Shown: piece by piece, positions 1-9,189 of the stretch
Position numbering within the stretch: position 1 is the stretch's first letter
How the letters are laid out: every line of letters starts with the position of its first letter
Source: Flammeovirga sp. SJP92
Lineage (GTDB): Bacteria; Bacteroidota; Bacteroidia; Cytophagales; Flammeovirgaceae
Direction: 5' to 3'
Assembly (NCBI RefSeq): GCF_001583495.1
Contig: NZ_LQAQ01000019.1
Coordinates: 242,836-274,835, forward strand
Length of the DNA stretch: 32,000 nucleotides
Notes under the pieces: model-generated
Seen by the model: only the letters and a program-made list of their open reading frames with translations
Told to the model about the DNA's origin: nothing
Databases searched by the model: none
Program-made: the position numbers and the translations under genes

Positions 1-2936
1 TTTGATCGAGTGCCTTCCGGGAAAACGATAATAGAATAACCGTCTTCCACCATTGACTTCAGCCTTGTCAGTTGCTCCTCTCCTATCCCTTCATCTGCCA
101 ATAAATAATCCGCTTTTCTTACTACTCTACCAAAAATAGGCGAATTATACACCCAGCTATTGGTCACTAAAACAGCCTTGCGCTTAGCGGCCAACACCAA
201 GAAAATATCCAAAAAGGACTGATGGTTGGCAATGATGACTGATGGTCCTTTTAAGTCTTCTTTAGGGAAGTTTTTAAATATCTTTCCTTCAAACATAGGC
301 GAATTCAGAAAGCCTCTGAAGAAGTAACAAAGAATGGTGTGAAAGAGTAATTTACGTTGTCGCATCTTCGCTTTCAAGCCAGGGAAGAACAACAGTAAAC
401 TAAGGAGTGTGATCAACTGTGCGACTGAAACGAAAATCGAATAGCCAATAATGTTTTTCAGTAATTGTAAAAAACGAACAGGAGGTTTTCCTTTATCCGT
501 TCGTACGCTGATAAATGCTTTGAACAGCAACGGCTGAAAAATAAAGGTCATCATCAGTACTGAAACAATACCAATAATGGTCAGTAAACCAATGGAACGC
601 AGGGAAGGATGCTGTGCGAAAAACATGGCGCCAATCCCTAATAATGTTGTGATGGAAGACAACAAGATAGAACTTTTATAAATCGGTAAATGCTCCTTTG
701 TATTGTCTATGGTGTTTTCCTGTAAACCTTTGGTGATAAATATGCTGTAATCAATGCCTATTCCAAAAATGAAAGTGGAAATAATCACATTGAAAATATT
801 GAATCGGATATCAAACATCCCCATAATTCCCAGGGTCATCACCCAACTCATTATGATCGGCAGGTAACAGATCAGCGTCAGTTCTATTCTGCCAAAAGTG
901 ATCAGCAATAAGAGTAATACTACAATCGAAGACATGGAAACGAGTACATCAAACTCTGAGTGCAGCATATCAATAATCTGACTCAGAAAACTCTGCTTCT
1001 CTACTACATCTACATAACTCAAGGCCTGTATTTGCGGTATCAATTTCTTTTTATCGCCATCGGTTTTCACCAATGAAGTTACGCCGTGGTAATCCTCTGC
1101 TTCAATCACAAAATCATCCACCAAAGTAGAAAACACTTTGATTTGTTCTTCTACTGGAAATACTTTGTATTCTTTCTCTAATGACGCCCAAAAGGGATCA
1201 AAAGTATTGGCTCTAAAACCATAAGGCTTTCCACTTTCTGCAAAACCTTCCTTCAATTTTTCAATTCTTTCTTCCGTCCAAAACTGTTTCCAGCGTATAA
1301 TTCTTTCTATTTGAATTTTAGAAGGAATAAGCAGTGTACTGGTCAGCATTTCATCAAACTCAAAACCCTCTTTTTTCAAGCTATCAAGAGAGGATTGTAA
1401 GATGAAGTTTTGATAAATGGCATCATCCAGTGATTCTCCTTCCGAAGCCAAAAGAATATTGCTGACCATTGCCGGGTTGATGCGGTTGATTCTTTCTTCT
1501 GCCAGTTGTACTTCCGGTGAGTTGTAATTGAAGCGATCTAAATGTGCATCAAATTTTACATCTCCGGCATAGAAGAAACAAACGAATACAAACCCTAAAA
1601 GTAAAGCCACCATCCCTTTATTATTTTCAAAATGATAGTTGGCTATTTTATCTAAGAAGTGCTTTTTCTGTGGAGCAGCACTCGTCACTTTTGGTTTTAA
1701 TTTATCTAATATTACTGGAAGGACAATCAAAGCTACTAGAGCCGAAATAATAATACTGATGGCAACAAATACCCCTAAATCATTCATGGCTTTGGCTTTC
1801 AAAAAGTTCAAGCACATAAAGGAAATAGATGTCGTCCCGGCACTGAGCAGTAATGGAGTGGCAAGATCACTGACCACTTTTTCTGCCGATTGATTCACTC
1901 TATAATGCGTAAGTACGTGCAAGGAGAAGTCAATACTGATGCCTATAATAATGGCTCCCATACCAATGGCAATCAAAGAAATAGAAGACTTGAAGAAATA
2001 CAAGGCGATCAAAGCTGTTCCAAAACCAAAAAGAAGAGGAATCAGCAGTAAGAGGAAGATAAATTTATCTTTAAAGTAATAACTGATCAATGCGATAATC
2101 AACACCAAAGCCACCGTAATCGTGACATTGACATCTTGTTTGATCTGATTGGCATTAGAGAGTGTGGAGATGGGATTGCCATAAAACTCATAGTTCAGTT
2201 GAGGGTATTCCTTTTTGATTTCACTGATTGATTGCTCTATGGCTTCCTTAAACTCATTGTTCTTCTTGGAATCACTTCCCTGATGCGTCAAGGAGATAAA
2301 CATCAAGGCTGTCGTTTGATCTTTACTAACAAAGTGATCTTTATATAATACAACGCCATTATCAAACTGAAAATGCTCTAGTCGCTTCAATGCCGAAGGT
2401 ACAAGCATATATGGATCTTTGGGAATGTACTGTTTGAAAAGCATTCCCGAAGGGGTAATCAGGTTCTTATAAAGGTTTTTGAATAAGGGGTCAGTACCTG
2501 CTTCCAGCTCTTCATCCAAGCGCTCATAATCTTGGGCGGTCAGATAGATGGGAAGGTGCTCAAAAGTGGTTTGATAATAAGTTGTAAAAAGGGAGGAGTT
2601 GACTTTTGCCATCTTTTTCTCCACAAAAGGAGCGACTTCACCTTCTTCCAGTTTTTCCGCTAATGCATCAATCCCTTTGATTAATACATCAGGATTTTTC
2701 TCGTCATTCTCCAAAGAAACCAACACAATCACTTTTTCCATGAACTTACTGTTCCCTAGAATAAAGCTCGATTTCTCTAATGCTTCGTTAGTAGGAAGCA
2801 TTTCCATGATATCTTCTTTGAACCCAATTTTGTAAACTGTATACGAAACAGTTCCCAAGAAGAGGGCCGTTAGAAGGTAAAGGGCACTTATTCGGTACTT
2901 AAAAAAGTGCAGTATCTTTAAAAAAAATTGGCTCAT
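1..2936 (-). CDS. MMPL/RND-type exporter fused in frame to a PlsC-type (lysophospholipid) acyltransferase domain; 3' end runs off the window
   Basis: My own minus-strand translation starts at ATG 2936 (MSQFFLKILHFFKYRISALYLLTALFLG...). The track lists no complete minus ORF here, consistent with a frame that stays open to base 1. The mid-region reads ...SDLATPLLLSAGTTSISFMCLNFLKAKAMNDLGVFVAISIIISA, which is MMPL/RND-like TM sequence. Codons from 365 down to 1 read MRQRKLLFH...IIANHQSFLDIFLV...IIVFPEGTRS, giving the HX4D and FPEGTR acyltransferase motifs. I read 479..363 codon by codon and found no stop between the two parts. Confidence 0.8.
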   Translation of the reverse strand, partial: MSQFFLKILHFFKYRISALYLLTALFLGTVSYTVYKIGFKEDIMEMLPTNEALEKSSFILGNSKFMEKVIVLVSLENDEKNPDVLIKGIDALAEKLEEGEVAPFVEKKMAKVNSSLFTTYYQTTFEHLPIYLTAQDYERLDEELEAGTDPLFKNLYKNLITPSGMLFKQYIPKDPYMLVPSALKRLEHFQFDNGVVLYKDHFVSKDQTTALMFISLTHQGSDSKKNNEFKEAIEQSISEIKKEYPQLNYEFYGNPISTLSNANQIKQDVNVTITVALVLIIALISYYFKDKFIFLLLLIPLLFGFGTALIALYFFKSSISLIAIGMGAIIIGISIDFSLHVLTHYRVNQSAEKVVSDLATPLLLSAGTTSISFMCLNFLKAKAMNDLGVFVAISIIISALVALIVLPVILDKLKPKVTSAAPQKKHFLDKIANYHFENNKGMVALLLGFVFVCFFYAGDVKFDAHLDRFNYNSPEVQLAEERINRINPAMVSNILLASEGESLDDAIYQNFILQSSLDSLKKEGFEFDEMLTSTLLIPSKIQIERIIRWKQFWTEERIEKLKEGFAESGKPYGFRANTFDPFWASLEKEYKVFPVEEQIKVFSTLVDDFVIEAEDYHGVTSLVKTDGDKKKLIPQIQALSYVDVVEKQSFLSQIIDMLHSEFDVLVSMSSIVVLLLLLITFGRIELTLICYLPIIMSWVMTLGIMGMFDIRFNIFNVIISTFIFGIGIDYSIFITKGLQENTIDNTKEHLPIYKSSILLSSITTLLGIGAMFFAQHPSLRSIGLLTIIGIVSVLMMTFIFQPLLFKAFISVRTDKGKPPVRFLQLLKNIIGYSIFVSVAQLITLLSLLLFFPGLKAKMRQRKLLFHTILCYFFRGFLNSPMFEGKIFKNFPKEDLKGPSVIIANHQSFLDIFLVLAAKRKAVLVTNSWVYNSPIFGRVVRKADYLLADEGIGEEQLTRLKSMVEDGYSIIVFPEGTRS

Positions 2937-2987
2937 TATGTTAATTTATAATCGTCAACTTCTGTGTTTTATTAGAGTTAAGTAGTG

Positions 2988-3013
2988 TGACAAAAGTTTT
3001 GGAACTTTTGTCA
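2988..3013. promoter_or_regulatory. Perfect 11-bp palindrome TGACAAAAGTT-N4-AACTTTTGTCA upstream of the exporter gene
   Basis: tgacaaaagtt (2988-2998) and aacttttgtca (3003-3013) are exact reverse complements. No U-tract follows on either strand. The half-site contains AACTTTTG, a 7/8 match to the TAnnTTTG -7 box. Confidence 0.35.
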
Positions 3014-3020
3014 GGGAAGA

Positions 3021-3105
3021 GGGAAGAATGAAGAGGGAAGAGTTGTGGTTCGTGAGGACGTTCCTACAATCAGTATCCTTTTTTTCTTCATTCTTCATTC
3101 TTCCC
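3021..3105. repeat. Long-range 14-bp inverted repeat spanning the GT2 stop codon, with GGGAAGA triplet
   Basis: gggaagaatgaaga (3021-3034) is the exact reverse complement of tcttcattcttccc (3092-3105). The right arm includes the GT2 stop (3095-3097) and its last three codons. gggaaga occurs at 3014, 3021 and 3035. Confidence 0.5.
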
Positions 3106-4300
3106 CCGCCTTATAGGCTATCAGCTTAAAAGCTCCAAAACTAATACATCCTAAAACGAATGCAAGAAGAAACGCAAAGACAGTCGCTCCCACACTGTAT
3201 AACATCAGATGTTGTTGTATCACATCGAAGTTAATTTCATCTAGTTGGGGAATGATGATTTTTTCATTAAACAGGATTTCCCCGGTTTTAAAACTTGCAT
3301 ACAACCAAAGCGGAATAAATGGCGGTATACTGATATTGGCCGCTACAATCACGATGGGTTTGTTCAGTTTGAAAAAATGTGCCAGCCCAATCGCCGTTAC
3401 TAACTGATAGCCCCAAATAGGTACTATTCCCATAAAAACACCAAAGAAAACGGCTAATGCTTTTTTATATGGCGGTTCTTCTACATCAAAAAAGAGGTCC
3501 TTTATGTGCTCTTTAATGTTTTTTTTTTTGAGACTTCTGAAAAAGTCTCTAGGCTTGATGTATAGTAAACAGATGGTGACCAATATGGTATTGAGAATGC
3601 TGATCCTTGTAAAATCAGTAAAAGGTCTGAAGTGCGTTATGCGTTCTTCTGTTGGAGGATAGTACACATTTATCGGCACTGTTTCAATCGCCACACCTTT
3701 CCATGCTGACCTTACTAAAATCTCAATTTCAAACTCATAACGCCACGAAATCAATTGAATATCATTGACTTGTTTTAGAGGATATAAACGGTAACCCGAT
3801 TGTGTATCAGGTGCTTTGATTCCCGTTTCAAATGTAAACCAGAAGTTGGAAAATTTATGACCGAAACTACTTTTCCCAGGTACTGAATTTTGAAGCATAT
3901 CCCTTGCTCCAATAATGATGGCATTAGGGCTCGTTTCTAGTTTTTCAATAAACTGAGGAAGGTCAGACGCTTTGTGCTGTCCATCAGAATCAATGGTGAT
4001 CGCATATTCAAAACCTTGTTTTTCTGCTTCCAAAAATCCCGCTCTTAATGCTTTTCCCTTTCCGCGGTTTTGCTCAAATGTAATGCTTTGGATGTTCGGA
4101 AGCTGACTTAAGATTTCTGAAGTAGTGTCCGTACAGCCGTCATTGATCACAATCACATTGGTGGTATATTCCAATACACTATCAATCACCCCTTTTAATT
4201 CCCTATCATTATTATAAGTAGGAATTAAAACACAGCATTTCAGGCGATCAAAATCTGCCTGCAAACGTGGGGAAGCAATATGTTCTTCAACTCCATTCAT
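3095..4300 (-). CDS. Family-2 glycosyltransferase with C-terminal DUF2062-like membrane domain
   Basis: GT2 motifs are present: CCVLIPTYNN, NDGCTDTT and DSDGQH (DxD). The C-terminal part, AVFFGVFMGIVPIWGYQLVTAIGLAHFFKLNKPIVIVAANISIPPFIP, resembles DUF2062. The track ORF starts at TTG 4309. ATG 4300 lies 1 nt after the upstream stop (4302-4304) and is the likelier start. Confidence 0.8.
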   Translation of the reverse strand: MNGVEEHIASPRLQADFDRLKCCVLIPTYNNDRELKGVIDSVLEYTTNVIVINDGCTDTTSEILSQLPNIQSITFEQNRGKGKALRAGFLEAEKQGFEYAITIDSDGQHKASDLPQFIEKLETSPNAIIIGARDMLQNSVPGKSSFGHKFSNFWFTFETGIKAPDTQSGYRLYPLKQVNDIQLISWRYEFEIEILVRSAWKGVAIETVPINVYYPPTEERITHFRPFTDFTRISILNTILVTICLLYIKPRDFFRSLKKKNIKEHIKDLFFDVEEPPYKKALAVFFGVFMGIVPIWGYQLVTAIGLAHFFKLNKPIVIVAANISIPPFIPLWLYASFKTGEILFNEKIIIPQLDEINFDVIQQHLMLYSVGATVFAFLLAFVLGCISFGAFKLIAYKAGEE

Positions 4301-4301
4301 T

Positions 4302-4676
4302 TTATTCAAAATCTGTGAAGGTTCCTCTAAATTTAAAATAGGCTTTCTCCTGATCTTTCAATTCAGCTTTCACCTCCATTGTATCATTTTCCTGCTTTAA
4401 AACTGTTACGTCTGCCACCACCTCACTTTGGAGCTGTGGATCCAGAATCGACAAGAATTTGATGGTTTTTATGGCAGATACAGCAACTTCCTTTTGATAT
4501 TCCTGCTCGCACAATTCCTTTATGATGTCCAGCATACACACCCCCGGCGTGACAGGCTGTCCTGGAAAATGTCCTTGGAAAATTTCATGCTCTTTATTCA
4601 AACTGATCTGAGCCGAAAATTTATTCTCCTCTTTTGTCAATTCCTTCACTTGAAAGAAGTCTGTTTGCTGTAGCAT
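4302..4676 (-). CDS. FabZ/FabA-like 3-hydroxyacyl-ACP dehydratase (hotdog fold)
   Basis: HFPGQPVTPGVCMLDIIKELCEQ matches the FabZ HFPxxPxxPG...E active-site region. The ATG overlaps the upstream stop as TAATG. Confidence 0.75.
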   Translation of the reverse strand: MLQQTDFFQVKELTKEENKFSAQISLNKEHEIFQGHFPGQPVTPGVCMLDIIKELCEQEYQKEVAVSAIKTIKFLSILDPQLQSEVVADVTVLKQENDTMEVKAELKDQEKAYFKFRGTFTDFE

Positions 4677-5320
4677 TATAATATTTCTTTTTTCTCTAAT
4701 TTCACTTTCAATTTCAGATGGGAAGCATCAATCTCTACCGACTCCAAATGCTTGTCTTTGTAATCAAACAGGATGGTTTTTCCTATGTTCCCAAACATTT
4801 CCAGAAGATACACTTCCTTTCTCCTTTTCTTCCCATCAAACAAGAAGTAGTATTTTTTCCTTCCCTTTTTCACTTTCAAAAGGATATCATCTTCACGTTC
4901 CCAACATTTTTTGACCACCATATTCTGACTGTCAAAATCCACATCATAAAACACTTCTGAAAAGTCCTTCCAAAGGTGATTCAATACTATTTTTTTATCA
5001 AGAGGTGGAATCACAAAATTGGTTGTATAACCTTTCTCTGTGATTGTCATATCCAAAAGCTTCACCCCTATTTCAGTGACTAATACTACTTGCTTTTCGG
5101 TTTCATTCAGTGACTTCACCACAAGCAAACCCGTATAGTATTTATCGTAGAAATAGATCTTCGATTTGAACAAACGAGTTACAGGCTGTTCCAATGTTTC
5201 ACTCAAAAGCTCTTCATCACAATTTTCCAATTTTGAAAAAGAGGACTTGTGATAATAAGTACAAGAGGATAAAATACCGATCAGCAAGAACAGCAGGCTA
5301 TTTCTCCACAAAGTTGTCAT
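4676..5320 (-). CDS. Lipoprotein of unknown function (occupies the position of the ApeN/DUF3261-type lipoprotein of aryl-polyene clusters)
   Basis: Signal peptide with lipobox: MTTLWRNSLLFLLIGILSSC. I see no catalytic motifs. The functional label comes only from its position next to the LolA-like gene. Confidence 0.55.
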   Translation of the reverse strand: MTTLWRNSLLFLLIGILSSCTYYHKSSFSKLENCDEELLSETLEQPVTRLFKSKIYFYDKYYTGLLVVKSLNETEKQVVLVTEIGVKLLDMTITEKGYTTNFVIPPLDKKIVLNHLWKDFSEVFYDVDFDSQNMVVKKCWEREDDILLKVKKGRKKYYFLFDGKKRRKEVYLLEMFGNIGKTILFDYKDKHLESVEIDASHLKLKVKLEKKEIL

Positions 5321-5930
5321 CGCTTATCGTTTCATTGTATTTATGGTCCACAAAATCAAACTGAGTGTAATCCTCTCCCTGTTCTTTGATGACCACTTTG
5401 AACACCGAATAATCTTTTAAGCTGATATACAAATGAAGTTCGGCCATATACTGACTCCAATTACTGTCTTTGGGCTTCAACTGCATTTTCACTTCGTTAT
5501 CACCTTTGAAATACATCACCTCAAAATTCTCATCATCACCAATATTTCCATTCACCATATTGAGCATCATTTTGTTCACTACAGAGAAAATAGGATTGGA
5601 AGAAGCATCAAAAGTATTGGTCTTCTCTTCATCAATCATAGAAATAATATCACCGTTGATGATGATGGCATAAGTGATCGGTGAGAGGTATTCCCATCTT
5701 AAACGGTTAGGGCTTTTATACAAAAAAGCACCCTTACTGATGAGATCTTGATTCATCAATGAAAGATGTTTGGTTTGCACAAAGTCACTGCTTATGCTTT
5801 GGATGGTCTTTGCATTTTCTTTCAGGTCTATAATGGCCTGATCTGTATTTTCAATGGGTTTATATTGCTGTGCCCAACAAACCGATTGAATAAGCAAAAA
5901 TGTAAAACCTATATAATATTTCAATTTCAT
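5298..5930 (-). CDS. LolA-like outer-membrane lipoprotein/lipid carrier protein
   Basis: It has an N-terminal signal peptide and is about 200 aa. KGAFLYKSPNRLRWEY resembles the LolA-family G-x-l-x-kP-x-k-fRwEy motif. Such a protein is typical of aryl-polyene and flexirubin clusters. Confidence 0.7.
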   Translation of the reverse strand: MKLKYYIGFTFLLIQSVCWAQQYKPIENTDQAIIDLKENAKTIQSISSDFVQTKHLSLMNQDLISKGAFLYKSPNRLRWEYLSPITYAIIINGDIISMIDEEKTNTFDASSNPIFSVVNKMMLNMVNGNIGDDENFEVMYFKGDNEVKMQLKPKDSNWSQYMAELHLYISLKDYSVFKVVIKEQGEDYTQFDFVDHKYNETISDDNFVEK

Positions 5931-5942
5931 TTAAAGCTCCAT

Positions 5943-6698
5943 TTAGTTGAAAAGCTCACTAACAGTTACCGCTTGTAAGTTTTTCCTTTGAATTATTTTT
6001 ATTATTTCTTCAAGGTGATCTACAGTTATCTGCATGGTATCGTGCAATAAAATCACATCACCACCTGACACTTTCTCTACCTTGCCGATCAACTCTTTTT
6101 TTGTCTTTGCAATCGTATCCAAAGAACGAATGCTCCAGCCGACTGAGTGCAATCCCAATGTTTTCACCGCTTTGGCAATATGCGGATTGGTAACGCCATA
6201 AGGCGGACGGAACAGTTTATTTTCCCGCTTTGTCGCCTCCTCAATCAAGGCATTGGTATGCTGAAGTTCTTCCTTTACTTTTTTTGTGGGATAAAGATCA
6301 AAAAAATAACTGTGAGACCAAGTATGATTGCCAATTTCATGCCCTTGTGCCACTATTTTTTCGATCGTCTCAAAATCTTCTTCAATTTTATGTCCAATAC
6401 AAAAGAAAGTTGCCTTTACGTTGTACTGTCCTAAGATCTCTAGAATCTTTTCTGTTGTCTCTTTATTAGGTCCATCATCAAATGTCAACGCCACTTTCTG
6501 TACTCCTTCTTTCCTGATCCATGACTTCATAAAGAAGTTGTTTTCTATTTTAATAACACCCATTACAATCCTAAAAAGTGCTGTTATTAATAGAACTCCT
6601 GATAGAAAATAAAAAGCCGGATGCACCGTATTTCCCCCGTAAAAGGAAATAACAATCAGTGGTAAGCCGATCAGTAATGTTTGATGGAATTTAGACAT
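5943..6698 (-). CDS. Membrane-anchored polysaccharide deacetylase (NodB homology domain)
   Basis: The NodB motifs are present: TFDDGP, HTWSH, RPPYG and ILLHD. The N-terminus has two hydrophobic helices. The start overlaps the upstream gene by 8 nt. Confidence 0.85.
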   Translation of the reverse strand: MSKFHQTLLIGLPLIVISFYGGNTVHPAFYFLSGVLLITALFRIVMGVIKIENNFFMKSWIRKEGVQKVALTFDDGPNKETTEKILEILGQYNVKATFFCIGHKIEEDFETIEKIVAQGHEIGNHTWSHSYFFDLYPTKKVKEELQHTNALIEEATKRENKLFRPPYGVTNPHIAKAVKTLGLHSVGWSIRSLDTIAKTKKELIGKVEKVSGGDVILLHDTMQITVDHLEEIIKIIQRKNLQAVTVSELFN

Positions 6699-7677
6699 TT
6701 CGTAACAGAATTAATCCTTGAGTTCCATCAAAAAATGTGGTATGAACCAATACTGTATTTAAAGGTTTTTTATTTCTAAGAAGGGATTGTCTCAGTGCTT
6801 CCTCCTTCATCATTTTTGATGCTAAACCCACCCCAAACGATGAGGCGGTATGGTATTCGCCCGACCACTGTTTGTAGTCTATCACCTCGCACCTTTTTTC
6901 TTCGTATAAGATTTTCAGCACCTTATTTCCTGCATCACCTGTCAATACCAAATCAATGTCTTCTGCGTTTAATTCATTTTCCTGAAGTAAACCATCGATC
7001 ACTGTTTCCAGACTTTCATTGCTTTGCAAAACAGCTTTCACATCCACTATTTCCGCGTAGGTATTGGCTGTTTTCTGATCAGAAATCACAAATACACCTG
7101 CTCCTTCTCCCCACTGTCCACCGTAATTATTCTCTTTATAAAGTTGCTGTACTGTAGGTGTTAATTCATCGATACCGCCTACCAGCCAATTGGTATTTTT
7201 ACGCTCTTTGGTAAAAAGAAAACCATCCAATAATGCGTTTTCAAATGAGGTACCTTCCTGACTGTAAGTAGTATTATAGCCATTGTTTTTCAGTACCAAA
7301 CCAATCTGCCCAGCAATTGTATTGTGTGTAGAAACGATAAAAGACGAAGGGTTCACCATCGACTCCTCAGAAGTGACCATGCTGTTCAGAAACTTCTCTG
7401 TACTGACCAAACACCCTAGTCCCGTTCCTACAATCACTCCACTTAATTCCTCTGACTTCACTCCTGCGTCATCCATGGCAATCAATGTAGACAAAACGCC
7501 CATTCTGATCACTTTGGACATACGGCGGTATACCTTTGGAGAAAGATATTCTTTGATAGGTGGCAACGTGGCTTCCCATCTTCCGTCTTCTGTAGCTGTT
7601 GGTGCTTGAAGTGAAAATTCCGTTTTGAAGGTTTCCTGAGGGGAAATCAAACCGACACCATTAATGTACGTTTTCAT
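6691..7677 (-). CDS. KS-like (thiolase-fold) protein lacking the catalytic Cys; probable chain-length-factor-type partner of the upstream KS
   Basis: KS-like blocks are present: GTGLGCLVSTEKF (compare the GSGIGGL block of FabF) and NPSSFIVSTHNTIAGQIGL. Where the KS paralogs read TACSSSANAI or TACISGVAAQ, this protein reads YSQEGTSFENAL. It has no HGTGT or GHT His motifs. Confidence 0.65.
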   Translation of the reverse strand: MKTYINGVGLISPQETFKTEFSLQAPTATEDGRWEATLPPIKEYLSPKVYRRMSKVIRMGVLSTLIAMDDAGVKSEELSGVIVGTGLGCLVSTEKFLNSMVTSEESMVNPSSFIVSTHNTIAGQIGLVLKNNGYNTTYSQEGTSFENALLDGFLFTKERKNTNWLVGGIDELTPTVQQLYKENNYGGQWGEGAGVFVISDQKTANTYAEIVDVKAVLQSNESLETVIDGLLQENELNAEDIDLVLTGDAGNKVLKILYEEKRCEVIDYKQWSGEYHTASSFGVGLASKMMKEEALRQSLLRNKKPLNTVLVHTTFFDGTQGLILLRNV

Positions 7678-7680
7678 AGG

Positions 7681-8880
7681 CTAATTTTTCTGAAATAAAA
7701 TGGATGAACAGTTTCCTCCAAAACCAAAAGAATTGGATAATATGGTCTTTATACCTTTCACTTTTTGCAGGGCAGTTACCGGTACAATTTCTAACTCCTG
7801 TATTGGTGTTTTGAAATTCAAATTCGGAAAAATCAGCTGATGCTCTAAGGTCAAACAACTGATTACTCCTTCTATACTTGCGGCCGCCGCCAAGGTATGT
7901 CCTGTGAAAGGCTTTGTAGAACTAAACGGTGGAAGTGCTTCTTGAAACAACCTCTTCATGGCTACTCCTTCAGAAAGATCATTATTTTCTGTTCCCGTAC
8001 CATGTACATTGATGTAATCCACTTCCGTTTCTTTCACCCCTGCCACTTGCAGTGCATCACGCATGGCGTAAAAGGCACCATTCCCTTCAGGAGAAGAAGC
8101 CGTTTGATGGAAAGCATCATTGGCATTGGCATAACCGACCACTTCACAATACGTTTTCTTTCCTTCTTGCTCTACTAAGCGCTCCGATTCCAAGACTAAA
8201 AAACCTGCTCCTTCACCAAGGTTAAGGCCCGTTCTGCTGTCATCAAAAGCTCTCGTTTTTTCGGAGTCTAAAATTCTCAATGAATCAAACCCGTTCAACG
8301 TAAACTTAGTCAACGCATCGGCGCCGCCAACAATCACACGATCCAGTTTTCCGTGCTTGATCATTCTTGCACCCAGCATGATCGCATTGGCAGAAGAAGA
8401 ACAAGCCGTACTGATCGTTGATACAAAACCGTTGACCTCAAAGTACTGTGCCAAGAAGCGGGTACTATTGCCACAGGGATGTTTTTTGACAATGCTTGTA
8501 TCAATAGTATTCCCCTCAAAATAATCCTTGGCCACTGTTTCTGTTAAATCCATTCCTGCCACACTTGATGCAGAGATCAGTCCTGTCTTAATGGTTTTTG
8601 TAGGTTGTATGCCACTATCCACCACTGCTTCTTTCGCCGCTTTAAGAGCGAGTAAAAGCGTTCTGGAATAATCCGTTTCTTTATTCAAACCCAAATCCTC
8701 TTTCAGAGCATCATTGGTCATCTTTACCTCCCCTACAGGAAGTCTTTCCGCATGAATACTCTGAAGGCGGTGCATTTTATCAATGCCCGTTCTGCCTTCT
8801 TTTAAAGATTCAAAGATTGAATGCACATCATTTCCTATGGCTGCTATTGCTCCAATACCCGTTACAAAAACCTTAGACAT
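7681..8880 (-). CDS. Beta-ketoacyl-ACP synthase (FabF-like KS)
   Basis: The Cys-His-His triad motifs are present: TISTACSSSANAI, NVHGTGTENND and TGHTLAAAASIE. Confidence 0.9.
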   Translation of the reverse strand: MSKVFVTGIGAIAAIGNDVHSIFESLKEGRTGIDKMHRLQSIHAERLPVGEVKMTNDALKEDLGLNKETDYSRTLLLALKAAKEAVVDSGIQPTKTIKTGLISASSVAGMDLTETVAKDYFEGNTIDTSIVKKHPCGNSTRFLAQYFEVNGFVSTISTACSSSANAIMLGARMIKHGKLDRVIVGGADALTKFTLNGFDSLRILDSEKTRAFDDSRTGLNLGEGAGFLVLESERLVEQEGKKTYCEVVGYANANDAFHQTASSPEGNGAFYAMRDALQVAGVKETEVDYINVHGTGTENNDLSEGVAMKRLFQEALPPFSSTKPFTGHTLAAAASIEGVISCLTLEHQLIFPNLNFKTPIQELEIVPVTALQKVKGIKTILSNSFGFGGNCSSILFQKN

Positions 8881-8906
8881 ATACTTAATGGAATTACAGA
8901 TAAATA

Positions 8907-9176
8907 CTACTCTTTGACTGCAAGCTGTGCTGCAATAAAGTTGGCCATTGTGTCAATTGAACCAAATACTTCTTTTCCTGCTTTAGGATTTTCTAATTTG
9001 ATTCCGTACTCTTTTTCTAATAACAGCACCAATTCCAAAGCATCAATAGAATCAAGACCTAAACCGTCACCAAATAATGGTTCTTCGTTATCAATGTCTT
9101 CTACTTCTACTTCTTCTAAGTTCAACTGCTCGATAATTTGAACTTTAAGCTGCTCTTTTAATTCTTCTAAATTCAT
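8907..9176 (-). CDS. Acyl carrier protein
   Basis: An 89-aa acidic protein carrying the phosphopantetheine site GLDSIDALELV. Confidence 0.85.
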   Translation of the reverse strand: MNLEELKEQLKVQIIEQLNLEEVEVEDIDNEEPLFGDGLGLDSIDALELVLLLEKEYGIKLENPKAGKEVFGSIDTMANFIAAQLAVKE

Positions 9177-9189
9177 TTTTCCAATATTT

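Noticed and set aside
1544-2835. Three plus-strand ORFs (68-84 aa) from the track.
   Set aside because: They lie antisense inside the long open minus-strand exporter frame. Their sequences are low-complexity with no recognisable motifs, which is typical of shadow ORFs in AT-rich DNA.
7661-7858. A 65-aa minus-strand ORF bridging the KS and KS-like genes. A similar 82-aa ORF lies at 15828..16076 inside fabG.
   Set aside because: They are out of frame within well-supported genes, and the peptides look Cys/Arg-rich and random.
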